A stretch of 64,000 nt of DNA from an uncultured Mycoplasmatota bacterium (GTDB taxonomy: Bacteria; Bacillota_I; Bacilli_A; RF39; UBA660). The notes beneath the pieces are model-generated. The model was not told the origin of the DNA, searched no databases, and saw only the letters and a list, made by a program, of their open reading frames with translations. Below, in pieces: positions 18,896 through 29,886 of this stretch. The translations under genes were made by a program, and so were the position numbers. The DNA lies in the NCBI GenBank assembly GCA_900543825.1, contig UQSR01000001.1:7810-71809 (forward strand), in the 5' to 3' direction. Numbering within the stretch: position 1 is the first letter of the stretch; every line of letters begins with the position of its first letter.

Positions 18896-20830
18896 TTATT
18901 TTTTATCTTCAGTTTTTTTTGTTTTCTTTTCTTTTACTTCTTTTTTGTCTTCTGTTGATTTATCTTCTTTTTTGTCCTCAGGAAGATGTCCGTGTTCTAC
19001 TAAATAATCTATTTCTTCTTTAGTGATTGTTTCTTCTTCTAGAAGTGTATTAGCAATAAGTTCTAGTAATTTTTTGTTTTCTGTTATTATTTTTGTAGCT
19101 TGTTTATAACAGTCGTTTATGATTGAACGCATTTCTTCATCTATTTCATGTGCTACTGTATCTGAAATGTTTCTATTTTTTGTATAATCTCTTCCTAAGA
19201 ATGTGTTGCCATCTGGTTCTTCAAGCATCATTGGTCCTAAGTTGCTCATTCCATATTCTGTTACCATACTTCTAGCTATTTTTGTGGCTTTCTTGAAGTC
19301 ATCATGTGCTCCAGTAGTTATTTCGCCAAATGTTACTTCTTCTGCTACTCTTCCTCCTAGTAAACCACAGATTGATTCTAATAATTCTTTTTTTGTATAG
19401 TTAAATGCTTCTTCTTTTGGAGTCATCATTGTATAACCGCCAGCATGACCTCTTGGGATTATTGTTATTTTTTGTACTTCGTTAGCACCATCTAGTTTTA
19501 AACCTAATACGGCGTGGCCTGCTTCATGGTATGCTACTAGTTTCTTTTCTTTATCTGTGTATTTCTTTGTTACTTTCGCTGGTCCCATTAGGACTCTGTC
19601 TGTAGCTTCATCTATTTCGGCCATTGTTATTTCTTTTTTGTTTCTTCTAACTGCTAATAATGCTGCTTCGTTAAGAAGATTTTCTAAGTCTGCTCCGGAA
19701 AATCCTGGAGTTCTTTTTGCTAGATATTCTAGTGTGATATTTTTAGCTAGTATTTTATTTTTTGCGTGTACTTTTAAGATTTCTATTCTAGCATTTTTAT
19801 CTGGAAGACTAACTGTTACTTGTCTATCAAATCTTCCTGGACGTAGTAATGCTGGATCTAAGACATCTGGTCTGTTTGTGGCTGCTATGATGATTATTCC
19901 TTCATTAGCACCAAAACCATCCATTTCAGTAAGTAATTGGTTAAGTGTTTGTTCTCTTTCATCGTGTCCACCACCAAGCCCAGTTCCTCTTTGACGGCCA
20001 ACGGCATCTATTTCATCTATGAAAATTAGACATGGGGCATTCATTTTTGCTTGTTTAAACATATCTCTTACTCTTGATGCACCAATTCCTACGAATAGTT
20101 CTACAAAGTCTGATCCACTTATATAATAGAATGGTACTTTTGCTTCTCCGGCTACTGCACGAGCAAGTAATGTTTTACCTGTTCCTGGAGGACCTACTAA
20201 TAATACTCCTTTTGGTATTCTTGCTCCCATGCTAGTGAATTTTTTGGGGTTCTTTAAAAAGTCTATTAATTCTTGAACTTCTTCTTTTTCTTCTGTTAAT
20301 CCAGCAACATCTTTGAATGTAGCACGACTTTCTTCAACTAGTTTTGCTCTTGATTTACCAAAGTCCATTGATTTACTGCCACCGCCAATTTGTCTTGTAA
20401 ATACCCAAATTGTTACTCCGGCTAAAATTAATATTGGAACAATTTCAATTGCTACAGATAGCCATGATGATGCCTCTGGATCGTTTAATATTGTTAATTT
20501 AAAATCATTGGAATTGTCTTTAGCGGTAGTTATTTTTGATATGAATTCCTCTGATCTTGGTATGTAAAGAATGAAACTTTCGTTTTTTGAATAGGTATCT
20601 AATTTACCTGTTAATTTATATGTCTCTGTTCTTACTTTAGGTGTTATAGTTAGTTCTGTTACTTTACCACCATTTAAATCTTTTATAAAATCGTCATATG
20701 TTATTTCATTTACTGTATTATTGAACATTTTGAACATTATCATACATCCTATAAAAAATACTAATAAAAATACATATGGTACTAAACTTTTCTTTATTTC
20801 TTTTTTATTCATAATCTTCCTTCCTTTCAT
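18896..20830 (-). CDS. ftsH: ATP-dependent zinc metalloprotease FtsH
   Basis: Walker [12 protein letters not shown] region, HEAGHA zinc motif and a KE-rich C-terminal tail. Confidence 0.95.
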   Translation of the reverse strand: MKGRKIMNKKEIKKSLVPYVFLLVFFIGCMIMFKMFNNTVNEITYDDFIKDLNGGKVTELTITPKVRTETYKLTGKLDTYSKNESFILYIPRSEEFISKITTAKDNSNDFKLTILNDPEASSWLSVAIEIVPILILAGVTIWVFTRQIGGGSKSMDFGKSRAKLVEESRATFKDVAGLTEEKEEVQELIDFLKNPKKFTSMGARIPKGVLLVGPPGTGKTLLARAVAGEAKVPFYYISGSDFVELFVGIGASRVRDMFKQAKMNAPCLIFIDEIDAVGRQRGTGLGGGHDEREQTLNQLLTEMDGFGANEGIIIIAATNRPDVLDPALLRPGRFDRQVTVSLPDKNARIEILKVHAKNKILAKNITLEYLAKRTPGFSGADLENLLNEAALLAVRRNKKEITMAEIDEATDRVLMGPAKVTKKYTDKEKKLVAYHEAGHAVLGLKLDGANEVQKITIIPRGHAGGYTMMTPKEEAFNYTKKELLESICGLLGGRVAEEVTFGEITTGAHDDFKKATKIARSMVTEYGMSNLGPMMLEEPDGNTFLGRDYTKNRNISDTVAHEIDEEMRSIINDCYKQATKIITENKKLLELIANTLLEEETITKEEIDYLVEHGHLPEDKKEDKSTEDKKEVKEKKTKKTEDKK

Positions 20831-22136
20831 TGCACCTTATTATTATATCATAGTTTTCACTTTTTTTATTACAAAATTTACTTTTTTTGATATTTGGTAT
20901 CCAAATTATATTATTATTTGAATCTACTAATAATGGATAATTATTTCTTTTTTTTAGTGGCAATTTTTTTTCTATAAATATTTCTTTTATCTTTTTTCGA
21001 TTGTTACTTCCTTTTAATATTATATAATCACCATCTTCTCTGTTTCTTATGTATAATGGTAATGTTATATCTTTACTATTTAGGCGACATACACTGTTAC
21101 TATCATCATCTTCTGATTCTATTTTTTCAATGATTAAATTTTCTATTTCTATTTTATCATTAAATTCTATTTTATAATTTTTTATATCACTTGTTTTATC
21201 TTTTATTATTAATTTATTATATTCCTTTACTATTTCTTTATTATTTGGTAAATCTATTTTTATATTTGGCTTGGTATTATTTAATAGTGATATAATATTT
21301 TGAATATGTCTGTCTGTTATTATATTGTTTTTATTTTGGTAAATATTATTCATTATGTTATATAATATGTTTTTTATTAGAAAGGTATCTAACTTATTTA
21401 AATTATCTATATTTATAATATTGTCTTTGTATACATTATTTATGTTTCTTTTTACTTCTCTTTTGATATAGTCATCATATTCTATTAATGTTTTGGAGTA
21501 TTTTAAATATTTTTTATGTATATTTTTATCTTCTTTTTTTAGAAGTGGTAAAATATTTAGACGATATCTATTTCTTGTATAATTGGTGCTTTGATTAGAA
21601 CTATCGTTGTAGTATTTAATGTTGTTAGATTTATTATAGTTTATTATATCTTCTTTAGTATATTTTAGTAATGGTCTTATTATTTGATAATTTTTAACGT
21701 TTGATATTTCTTTTATTCCTGCGTAGCCCTCTAAATTTGATCCTCTGGATATTTTCATTAGTATGGTTTCAATTAGATCATCTCCATGATGTGCTAGTAG
21801 TAGTGTCTTAGAATTGTATTTTTTTAATATTTCTTCATAGAACATATATCTTTTTTTTCTGGCTTCGTTTTCAAAATTATTTTCTTGATAGTTATTTATA
21901 GTTGTTTTCTCTAGTATAATATTTTTATCTTGACAATATTTGGTAATATATTCTTCTTCTTCTATACTTTCTTTTCTTACGTTGTGATTTATATGACATA
22001 CTACTATTTTTGTTGTTTTCTTTTGTAGTAAATCTAATAAGCACATGGAATCTGGACCTGCTGATACGCCTATTACGACGTAATTATTAAAAATATAGTC
22101 GTCTAATACATGGTTCATAATATCCTCCTTTTGCAT
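20805..22136 (-). CDS. tilS: tRNA(Ile)-lysidine synthetase TilS
   Basis: PP-loop VIGVSAGPDSMCLLDLL. Adjacent to ftsH (tilS-(hprT)-ftsH synteny, hprT absent here). Confidence 0.85.
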   Translation of the reverse strand: MQKEDIMNHVLDDYIFNNYVVIGVSAGPDSMCLLDLLQKKTTKIVVCHINHNVRKESIEEEEYITKYCQDKNIILEKTTINNYQENNFENEARKKRYMFYEEILKKYNSKTLLLAHHGDDLIETILMKISRGSNLEGYAGIKEISNVKNYQIIRPLLKYTKEDIINYNKSNNIKYYNDSSNQSTNYTRNRYRLNILPLLKKEDKNIHKKYLKYSKTLIEYDDYIKREVKRNINNVYKDNIINIDNLNKLDTFLIKNILYNIMNNIYQNKNNIITDRHIQNIISLLNNTKPNIKIDLPNNKEIVKEYNKLIIKDKTSDIKNYKIEFNDKIEIENLIIEKIESEDDDSNSVCRLNSKDITLPLYIRNREDGDYIILKGSNNRKKIKEIFIEKKLPLKKRNNYPLLVDSNNNIIWIPNIKKSKFCNKKSENYDIIIRCNERKEDYE

Positions 22137-22233
22137 ATATTATAACAAATATTTTGATATTTTGAAATATTCTTTTGACTTTTATAATCTTTTACTATAT
22201 AATTGTATATTGCGAGGTGAAAAAATTAAGAAT

Positions 22234-22644
22234 ATGGAGTTTAATGAGAATAAAGAAGTATCGTTTTCTTCATTTTTGGCAGGAGCTTTGTTGGTTAATA
22301 TCAATGTTAATATGCTTTATTTGTCAAAGTGTATTCATGATTTTAATGTTAAAACTAATATTGACGTCAATGATTACGGAAATGACTTTAGTGGTTTGGC
22401 AACAATTGTTACTATGAATAATGATTCTATTTCTTTGAATATGGATTATACTGCGCAATTAATGTTTAATGGTAATAAAGTAACATTATATGATTATTTA
22501 TATGATTTTACTACTATTGATATTAGGAAATATTTTGATATTCCTGAGAAGGAAATTGTTACTGTATATAATCCTAATAATAAAACTGTAAAAAAGAAAC
22601 TTAATATATTATCTAAAATAAAAAGAACTAAGGCTTATATTTAG
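22234..22644 (+). CDS. Hypothetical small protein (136 aa from ATG 22234; ORF extends to 22162)
   Basis: RBS GAGGTGAAAA precedes ATG 22234. No motif recognised. Confidence 0.45.
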   Translation: MEFNENKEVSFSSFLAGALLVNINVNMLYLSKCIHDFNVKTNIDVNDYGNDFSGLATIVTMNNDSISLNMDYTAQLMFNGNKVTLYDYLYDFTTIDIRKYFDIPEKEIVTVYNPNNKTVKKKLNILSKIKRTKAYI

Positions 22645-23864
22645 TCTTGGTTCATTTTTATTAGATAATATTTTTTCTTACCTTTTCTTATTATATGATA
22701 TTTTTGTGTATTAGTTATTTCTTTTGATTCATCATTAACTATATCACCATCTAGTGTAATAGCATTATTTGATAGAAACTCTCTGGCTTCTCTTCTTGAT
22801 GTGGCAATATTATTATTTACTAATATATTTATTAATGTATCATTGTTTGATTCGAATGCAGGCATTTTTTTGAAGACTATTTCTATTTCTTTATCTGTTA
22901 ATTCTTTTATATTTCCTGTGAATAGTACTTCTGATATTTTTATGGCATGGTCTGCTTCATCCTTACCATGAATGTCTTTTACTACTTCATATGCTAATGT
23001 TTTTTGCGCTATTCTTGTTTCTGGGTTTTTGTTTTGTTTATCCATTATATCTTCTATTTCTTTTTTTGTTAAGAATGTGAATACTTTTAGATATTCAAAT
23101 ACTTTTGAGTCATCAGTATTTATTAGGTATTGGTATATTTCATAAGGCGATGTTTTATCTTTATCTAACCATAGTGCATTACCTTCACTTTTACCAAATT
23201 TATTGCCATTAACGTCTAGTATTAGTGGCATAGTAAATCCATATGCTTCTTTACCTAATTTTTTTCTTATTAGTTCAATACCAGTAGTTATATTTCCCCA
23301 TTGATCTGATCCTTCTACTTGCATAATGCAATTTTTTTCTTGATATAGATGCATAAAATCGTAACCTTGTAGTAATGTATAAGAAAATTCTGCATAAGTA
23401 ATTCCACTTTCTAATCTTCTGGCAATGATGTCTTTATTTATCATGTAGTTAACATTAATATATTTTCCTATATCTCTTAGAAATTCTAGATATGTATAAT
23501 CTTTTGTCCAGTCATAGTTATCTACTATTTCTGCTTTTCCATTAAATAATATGTCTATTTGTTTTTTTATTGAGATAATATTTTTATTTACTGCCTCATT
23601 TGAAATTATTTCTCTTTCACTTGTTGGTCTAGGATCTCCAATTCTACCTGTTGCTCCTCCACATAATAGTATTGGATGATGTCCAGCGTTAGCTAATCTT
23701 TTTGCTGTGCATAGTGCTGAATAATGACCAATATGTAATGAATCTGCTGTTGGATCTGTTCCCCAGTAGAATGTTATTGGTTCTCCATTTAATTTTTCTT
23801 TTAAATCTTCTCCTGCTACATCTTTTATTAGTCCTCTCCACATTAGGTCTTCATATAATTTCAT
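22641..23864 (-). CDS. tyrS: Tyrosine--tRNA ligase
   Basis: HIGH (SLHIGHYSAL) and KMSKS-like KFGKS motifs, plus a C-terminal S4 domain. Confidence 0.95.
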   Translation of the reverse strand: MKLYEDLMWRGLIKDVAGEDLKEKLNGEPITFYWGTDPTADSLHIGHYSALCTAKRLANAGHHPILLCGGATGRIGDPRPTSEREIISNEAVNKNIISIKKQIDILFNGKAEIVDNYDWTKDYTYLEFLRDIGKYINVNYMINKDIIARRLESGITYAEFSYTLLQGYDFMHLYQEKNCIMQVEGSDQWGNITTGIELIRKKLGKEAYGFTMPLILDVNGNKFGKSEGNALWLDKDKTSPYEIYQYLINTDDSKVFEYLKVFTFLTKKEIEDIMDKQNKNPETRIAQKTLAYEVVKDIHGKDEADHAIKISEVLFTGNIKELTDKEIEIVFKKMPAFESNNDTLINILVNNNIATSRREAREFLSNNAITLDGDIVNDESKEITNTQKYHIIRKGKKKYYLIKMNQD

Positions 23865-23865
23865 T

Positions 23866-24130
23866 TTTTATCCTCTCCTTCTTTATATAAAAAAAGATGA
23901 TACCAAAAGGACGAACTTGTCGTGGTACCACCTTTATTTACAATATAGTTATTGCCTTAATATGATAACGGTATTTACCGATTAAACTCTTAATATGTAA
24001 TTTCATTATTTTATTTTGTTAATTTACACCAACCATTAACTCTCTATAAAGGAAATAAAATAATTACTTGGTATTAGTCGTTGTTTAATTAAATATGACT
24101 AAATTGTAGTATATTTTATTGGTATTGTCA
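23866..24130 (-). promoter_or_regulatory. T-box riboswitch leader of tyrS (approximate extent)
   Basis: The minus strand reads ...AAAGGTGGTACCACGacaag..., the conserved T-box sequence, then a hairpin and a U-run (GGTACCA...TGGTATCatcTTTTTTT) 30 nt before the tyrS RBS AAGGAGAGG. An AGAGAG element lies further upstream. Confidence 0.6.
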
Positions 24131-24232
24131 ATATTAATTGATTAAATTGTTATAAAAAGTTTATATTATTAGTAATTAATTTACTTTTTTTTAGTTCGAT
24201 GTTATAATATTTAAAGAAATGAGGGATAATCT

Positions 24233-25291
24233 ATGATAGATAGACTAGAGGCTACATTAAAAAGATATAATGAAATTGGAGAAGAACTTGCTAATCCTGA
24301 AATTATATCTGATATTAAGAAAATGACATTACTTTCTAAGGAAAGAACTGGGCTTGAAAAAACTGTTGAGGTATATAAAGAATATAAAAAGGTATTAGAT
24401 GATATTGAAGAAGCGAAAGAACTATTAAAAGATAAGGATATGGCTGAGTTTGCTAAAGAAGAGTTATCTAGTGCTGAAGAAAAGAAAGATAAGTTAGAAA
24501 GTGAACTTGAAGTATTGCTTATTCCACACGATCCTAATGATGATAAGAATGTTATTGTGGAAATTAGAGGGGCCGCTGGAGGAGATGAAGCAAATATTTT
24601 TGCTGGTGATTTATTTGATATGTATTCTAGATACGCTTCGCGAGAAGGTTGGAAAATTGAAGTACTTAATCAGGTTGAAGGTACTGCTGGGGGATTTGCA
24701 CAAATTGAATTTATGATTAAGGGTGATGGAGTATATTCTAAACTTAAATATGAAAGTGGAGCACATAGAGTACAAAGAGTTCCTGCTACTGAAAGTCAGG
24801 GTAGAGTCCATACTAGTACTGCTACGGTACTTGTTATGCCAGAGGCTGAAGAATTTGATTTTGAGCTTGATGAGTCTGAGGTTAGAATTGATATAACAAG
24901 AAGTAGTGGTTGTGGTGGTCAAGGAGTTAATACTACAGATAGTGCAGTTAGACTAACACATATTCCTACTGGTATTATTGTTTATTCGCAAACTGAAAGA
25001 AGCCAGATTAAGAATAAGGAACTTGCTTTTAAAATACTTAAAACTAGACTTTATGATATGAAACTTAGAGAGCAGGAAGAAAAAGAAGCTGCTGAAAGAA
25101 AAGTTAAGATTGGTACTGGGGATAGGAGTGAGAAGATAAGAACTTATAATTATCCACAAAATAGAATTACTGATCATAGAATTGGGTATACTTCAATGAA
25201 CTTAGATAGAGTTATGGATGGAGATATGGAAGATTTGATTGAAGCTTTAATTAATGAAGACCAAAGAAAGAAGCTAGAAGCTAGTGTTTAA
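24233..25291 (+). CDS. prfA: Peptide chain release factor 1
   Basis: PxT (PAT) and GGQ motifs ([17 protein letters not shown]). Confidence 0.95.
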   Translation: MIDRLEATLKRYNEIGEELANPEIISDIKKMTLLSKERTGLEKTVEVYKEYKKVLDDIEEAKELLKDKDMAEFAKEELSSAEEKKDKLESELEVLLIPHDPNDDKNVIVEIRGAAGGDEANIFAGDLFDMYSRYASREGWKIEVLNQVEGTAGGFAQIEFMIKGDGVYSKLKYESGAHRVQRVPATESQGRVHTSTATVLVMPEAEEFDFELDESEVRIDITRSSGCGGQGVNTTDSAVRLTHIPTGIIVYSQTERSQIKNKELAFKILKTRLYDMKLREQEEKEAAERKVKIGTGDRSEKIRTYNYPQNRITDHRIGYTSMNLDRVMDGDMEDLIEALINEDQRKKLEASV

Positions 25292-26063
25292 TGTTGATAA
25301 AATTAAGAAAGAATTAGAAAGTCGTGGACTTGATGCTAATTCTTTTGATTACTTATATAATTATCTTAAAAGTAATGATTTATTAGATAAGTTAAGTGAT
25401 TATACTAATAGATTACTTAAAGGTGAAGCTGTTCAATATATTATTGGAAATGCTTGTTTTTATGGTTATGAATTTAAGGTTAATAGTAATACGCTTATTC
25501 CTAGATTTGAGACTGAGTTATTAGTTGAAAAATCTGTTAATTATATTAATAATTTTTTTGAAGATAGGGTATCTATTTTAGATATTGGTACTGGTAGTGG
25601 ATGTATTGCTATTGCACTTAATAAATTAGTTAATAGTATGGTTACTGCTGTTGATATATCTAATGATGCACTTGATGTTGCTAAAGAGAATAATGTTATT
25701 AATAATACTGATGTTAATTTTATTGTTAGTGATGTTTTTTCTAATGTTAATGGTAAGTATGATGTTATTATTAGTAATCCACCATATATTTGTCATGATG
25801 AAGAGATTATGGATATTGTTTATGATAATGAACCTCATTTGGCTTTATATGCTGATATGGATGGATTGTATTTTTATGATAAAATACTTAGTGAATGTAA
25901 AGAGTATTTAAATGATAAATTTTTTATTGCTTTTGAAATTGGATATTTACAGGCTGATAGTATTGTTGGTATTGTTAATAAATATATGGAAAATGTTAAT
26001 ATAATTGTTGATAAAGATTATAGTGGTAAAGATAGATTTATTTTTATTACTAATTGTAATTAA
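25284..26063 (+). CDS. prmC: Release factor glutamine N5-methyltransferase PrmC/HemK
   Basis: [13 protein letters not shown] and NPPY motifs. Overlaps prfA. Confidence 0.9.
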   Translation: MFNVDKIKKELESRGLDANSFDYLYNYLKSNDLLDKLSDYTNRLLKGEAVQYIIGNACFYGYEFKVNSNTLIPRFETELLVEKSVNYINNFFEDRVSILDIGTGSGCIAIALNKLVNSMVTAVDISNDALDVAKENNVINNTDVNFIVSDVFSNVNGKYDVIISNPPYICHDEEIMDIVYDNEPHLALYADMDGLYFYDKILSECKEYLNDKFFIAFEIGYLQADSIVGIVNKYMENVNIIVDKDYSGKDRFIFITNCN

Positions 26064-26064
26064 A

Positions 26065-26091
26065 ACAACTTCAATGTGAAGTTGTTTTTCA
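26065..26091 (+). terminator. Rho-independent terminator after prmC
   Basis: AACAACTTCA-atg-TGAAGTTGTT then TTTC. Confidence 0.55.
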
Positions 26092-26136
26092 GCGTGTTGA
26101 CAAAGTTTAATATTTTTTATGTTTTTTTAAGTATCT

Positions 26137-26481
26137 TTACTTTTTGTATTTACTAAATGCAATAAAATATGCTATCGCCATTACAATAAATACTGCTCCA
26201 AGTATTTCATCAATTAAGCCACCCGCAAAGAACATAATAATACCAACAATTAATGTTAATATTCCACCAAGTAATTTTTCTTTTTTAGCACATTCTCTAG
26301 CCCAAAATAATAAACCTAAAGAAACACTTATAACTATAACATATGCTAATAATGTTTTTAAGTTCAAATTTGAAAATCTTACATCAACAAAAAAATTTCC
26401 AATTAAACTAATTGCAGCTAATATAATTGCAACATTTAATCCACTGACTATGTCATTTTTGTATTTTTGAAACTTGTCCAT
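26137..26481 (-). CDS. Small membrane protein (114 aa, 3-4 TM)
   Basis: Hydrophobic ORF with an RBS (AGGAGG) upstream on the minus strand. Confidence 0.5.
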   Translation of the reverse strand: MDKFQKYKNDIVSGLNVAIILAAISLIGNFFVDVRFSNLNLKTLLAYVIVISVSLGLLFWARECAKKEKLLGGILTLIVGIIMFFAGGLIDEILGAVFIVMAIAYFIAFSKYKK

Positions 26482-26649
26482 AAATATACCTCCTAAATTT
26501 TTTGATTAAATAGTACCTTTACTATTTATTTATATTATACAAAAAAAAATATGATTTTACAATATTATTGTGATTTTTTTGTAAACTTTTTATAATATTG
26601 TACAATTATATTTTGTTGTGTGGTATAATGTTTATATAAGGAGGATATA

Positions 26650-27285
26650 ATGAATAATAATGATTTAAATTATAATCAACAAGATAATTTTAATATGTCT
26701 AGTCAAATACCTAATAACGATGCAAATACAAATTATACTAGCAATGATTTAAACACTAATAACAAAAATAACAAAAAAATATTAATTATTATTGGTGTTG
26801 TCGCAGTAATTATAATATTGTTTATATTTGGTGGTAAGAGTAAAAGTGGTAAAAATACTACAGGATCTTCTGAATATAATTCATCAGATGTTGACTTTAG
26901 TTGTTCGTATGTATCTAAAGGTGATGATTTTACCATCACAACATATTCAGATTTTATTTTTAATTATAAAAGTTCTCAATATACATACCAATTAAAACAA
27001 TATAATAAAATGATTTTAGAGTTTAAAAATACAATTACTGATGAAAAATATAAAGAATTTATTGACGATTTAAATTCTCTAGACTGTTTAGATGCTGGTT
27101 CTTGCACAGAAAGTCATCTTGAATTTTCAACGACAAAATATGGGTGGGATACAGTTGTTGATAGAAGCAGTAATAAAATAGAATTAACATTTTATAATTT
27201 GAATGGTAAGGGAATTACTGCTACTAAAGATGATATCAATAGTACTAGAGCTAGTTTTGAAAGTAAAGGATATACTTGTAATTAA
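26650..27285 (+). CDS. Hypothetical membrane-anchored protein with N/Q-rich N-terminus and Cys-containing extracellular domain
   Basis: RBS AAGGAGG, a TM helix (ILIIIGVVAVIIILFIFGG), and a C-terminal domain with 6 Cys. Confidence 0.5.
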   Translation: MNNNDLNYNQQDNFNMSSQIPNNDANTNYTSNDLNTNNKNNKKILIIIGVVAVIIILFIFGGKSKSGKNTTGSSEYNSSDVDFSCSYVSKGDDFTITTYSDFIFNYKSSQYTYQLKQYNKMILEFKNTITDEKYKEFIDDLNSLDCLDAGSCTESHLEFSTTKYGWDTVVDRSSNKIELTFYNLNGKGITATKDDINSTRASFESKGYTCN

Positions 27286-27414
27286 TACTAAAAGACGATT
27301 AGATATTAATATCAAAATCGTCTTTTTTATGGCTTTATTATTTCCTTTTAGATAATTATAGCTGTCTTTAATAATAAGAATCTTTTATCATATTAATTTT
27401 AGTATTTCAATTAT

Positions 27415-29388
27415 TTATTCTTCTAGTTTACTTTTTTGTTCTTCTTTAAATACGGCTTCTAAATCTTTTGTTTCGTTATTAGTGGTCGGTTCAGTTCCTT
27501 TGATATAAAAAAACATTTCTTTTTTTTCTGCATTATCATCTATAAGTGTGCCAGTAATTGGATTAACTAATACTCCTACGACGTTGTCTGGTATATCATA
27601 CCATTGTGCTTCGTGATTTTTAAAGTATGATTCCATGGTATCTATCCATATGTTTTTGTGGTAAGAATATTTAGTTGAATCTATTTTTTTGTTATCGTCA
27701 TATCCTGTCCATACACCTAGTACAGCATTTTTATTATATCCCATGATAAGTAAATCTGTATCTGTTGTGCCTGATTTTATTGCATATTTATGTGTTATAT
27801 TTGGTAATAATGATATTAGTGTTGGATAATTATAATCAATGAAATTTTTATTATATGTATAGGTTAACATTTCATTTAATATATATGTTAGACTTGAATT
27901 TAATACTTCTATTTTTTCTTCTTTATTTTCATATAGGGTGTTTCCTTTTGAATCTTCGACTTTTTTTATAAAATGTGGATTTATTTTGTAACCTTGATTG
28001 GCAAAGGATGAATATGCCGCTGTTATTTCCATAAGGCTCATCTCTTCTGTTCCTAATGCTAGTGATGGTATGGGAGTTAATTTACTTGTGATGCCTATTC
28101 TTTTTGCTGTATTTATTAACATATCTTCTCCTAGAAAGAGATGCGTTTTTACGGCATATATATTATCTGAGTATGATATTGCTGCTGCCATAGATATGGG
28201 GCCTTCTGCATATTTGTCGTTATAATTTTTTGGACTATATGTTTTTCCTTCTGAGAAGGTAAATGTTGTTTTTTCACTGGTAAATGAGGAAGATGGTGTA
28301 AACCCGCTTTCTAAAGCTGTATAATATAATATTGGTTTCATAGTTGAACCTATTTGTCTTTTTGAATTCGTTGCTCTATTGTATTGACTTTTATTATAGT
28401 TATTACCACCAATTAATGCCATAATTCCTCCGGTATCTGGATTCATCATTATAGCTGATGTTTCTAACTCTTGTTCATTATTTATATATTTTTGAACTGA
28501 ATTTTCTAGATTTTCTTGTGCTTCTGAATCTAAAGTAGTATAGATTTTTAATCCTCCTGTTTCAATAATATTAGATGGTATTTGTTTTAATGATTTTAAT
28601 TCTTCGAGTACTGAATCTTTAAAATAGTTTACACTAGCTATGTTTGATTCTTTACTTTTGCCTACAATGGTTATATTTTCGTTTAATGCCTTTTGATATT
28701 CTTCTTCACTTATTACTTTATTTTTTTTCATCATTGTTAATACTATTTTTTGTCTTTCCTTTGCTTTTGAATAGTTTTTTATTGGAGAATAGTTATTTGG
28801 GGATTTTGGTATTCCTGCTAATAAGGCTGCTTCGGCTAATGATAAGTTACTGGCTGATTTATCAAAATAATATTTTGATGCTGATTCTATACCGTAAACA
28901 CCGCCATAATTTATTGTGTTTAGGTAACCTTCTAATATTTCTTTTTTTGTATAATGTACTTCTAATTCTCCTGCTAAAATGGCTTCATCTATTTTTCTTT
29001 TCCATGTTTTATCAAAGTTTAAGAATAGATTTCTGGCATACTGTTGAGTAATTGTTGAAGCACCTTCGCTTTTATTTCTATTTATGATATTTGTAATAGC
29101 GGCTTTTCCTATTCTTAAATAGTCAAAACCGATATGTTTATAAAAGTATTTATCTTCGGTAGAAATTGTGGCATTTATTAAATCATCACTTATTTTATCT
29201 AGTGGTATCCAATCGTTATCTCCAAACACTAGTTTACTATTATTATCATATAGGTAATATGATTGGGACTTGTTTATTTCTAGTTTTGGTGTAAGAAAAC
29301 AATATACGTAGAATATAATATTTCCTAGTACTATTATTAGGAGTGGTAATAATGTTATTTTTAGTATTTTTTTTGTTTTTTTCTTCAT
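27415..29388 (-). CDS. Class A penicillin-binding protein (GT51 transglycosylase + transpeptidase)
   Basis: N-terminal TM, GT51 motifs (ISTEDKYFYKHIGFD, RNLFL), and transpeptidase SxxK (STMKP), SxN and KSGTT motifs. Confidence 0.85.
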   Translation of the reverse strand: MKKKTKKILKITLLPLLIIVLGNIIFYVYCFLTPKLEINKSQSYYLYDNNSKLVFGDNDWIPLDKISDDLINATISTEDKYFYKHIGFDYLRIGKAAITNIINRNKSEGASTITQQYARNLFLNFDKTWKRKIDEAILAGELEVHYTKKEILEGYLNTINYGGVYGIESASKYYFDKSASNLSLAEAALLAGIPKSPNNYSPIKNYSKAKERQKIVLTMMKKNKVISEEEYQKALNENITIVGKSKESNIASVNYFKDSVLEELKSLKQIPSNIIETGGLKIYTTLDSEAQENLENSVQKYINNEQELETSAIMMNPDTGGIMALIGGNNYNKSQYNRATNSKRQIGSTMKPILYYTALESGFTPSSSFTSEKTTFTFSEGKTYSPKNYNDKYAEGPISMAAAISYSDNIYAVKTHLFLGEDMLINTAKRIGITSKLTPIPSLALGTEEMSLMEITAAYSSFANQGYKINPHFIKKVEDSKGNTLYENKEEKIEVLNSSLTYILNEMLTYTYNKNFIDYNYPTLISLLPNITHKYAIKSGTTDTDLLIMGYNKNAVLGVWTGYDDNKKIDSTKYSYHKNIWIDTMESYFKNHEAQWYDIPDNVVGVLVNPITGTLIDDNAEKKEMFFYIKGTEPTTNNETKDLEAVFKEEQKSKLEE

Positions 29389-29490
29389 TTATATCCCTCA
29401 TTTTTTTATCTTTTATTATAGCATTTATTATTATGCTAAAAAATGATAAAAATATGTTGTATTTTTTTTAAAGATATGATATGATTTCAT

Positions 29491-29886
29491 GTGAAATGTT
29501 TGGATGTGATATTTATTAGAATTTTAATTAAAGGTTATCTGAAGAATATTAGTGAAAATGAAATTGTTAATTTTGAATGTAAAGGTATTAAAAATAAGAA
29601 TAAAGTTACTTATGTTGATAATGATGTTAGGTTTAATATTAAAATCAATGATGATAATGTTATGCTTATTAGAGATGGTGCTGATTTTATTAATACTTTT
29701 ATTTTTGATAAGAACAAAAAAAATAGTATAAGTAATTATTTGATTAAAGAAAATAATTGTGATGTTGATATTGATATTGATGTTATTGATTTAAAAATTG
29801 ATGATGATATTATTTATATTAAGTATTTAATAAGTGAGACTAATTGTATTTATGAATATAAATTGGAAATGAGTGATGTATTATGA
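29491..29886 (+). CDS. DUF1934-family protein (YwiB-like beta-barrel) preceding argS
   Basis: Small protein immediately upstream of and overlapping argS, as is conserved in Firmicutes. True start may be internal. Confidence 0.5.
   Translation: MKCLDVIFIRILIKGYLKNISENEIVNFECKGIKNKNKVTYVDNDVRFNIKINDDNVMLIRDGADFINTFIFDKNKKNSISNYLIKENNCDVDIDIDVIDLKIDDDIIYIKYLISETNCIYEYKLEMSDVL

Noticed and set aside
29389-29490. T-box leader upstream of DUF1934-argS
   Set aside because: No GGTGGTACC-type T-box sequence or terminator/antiterminator pair is visible in the 100-nt gap.
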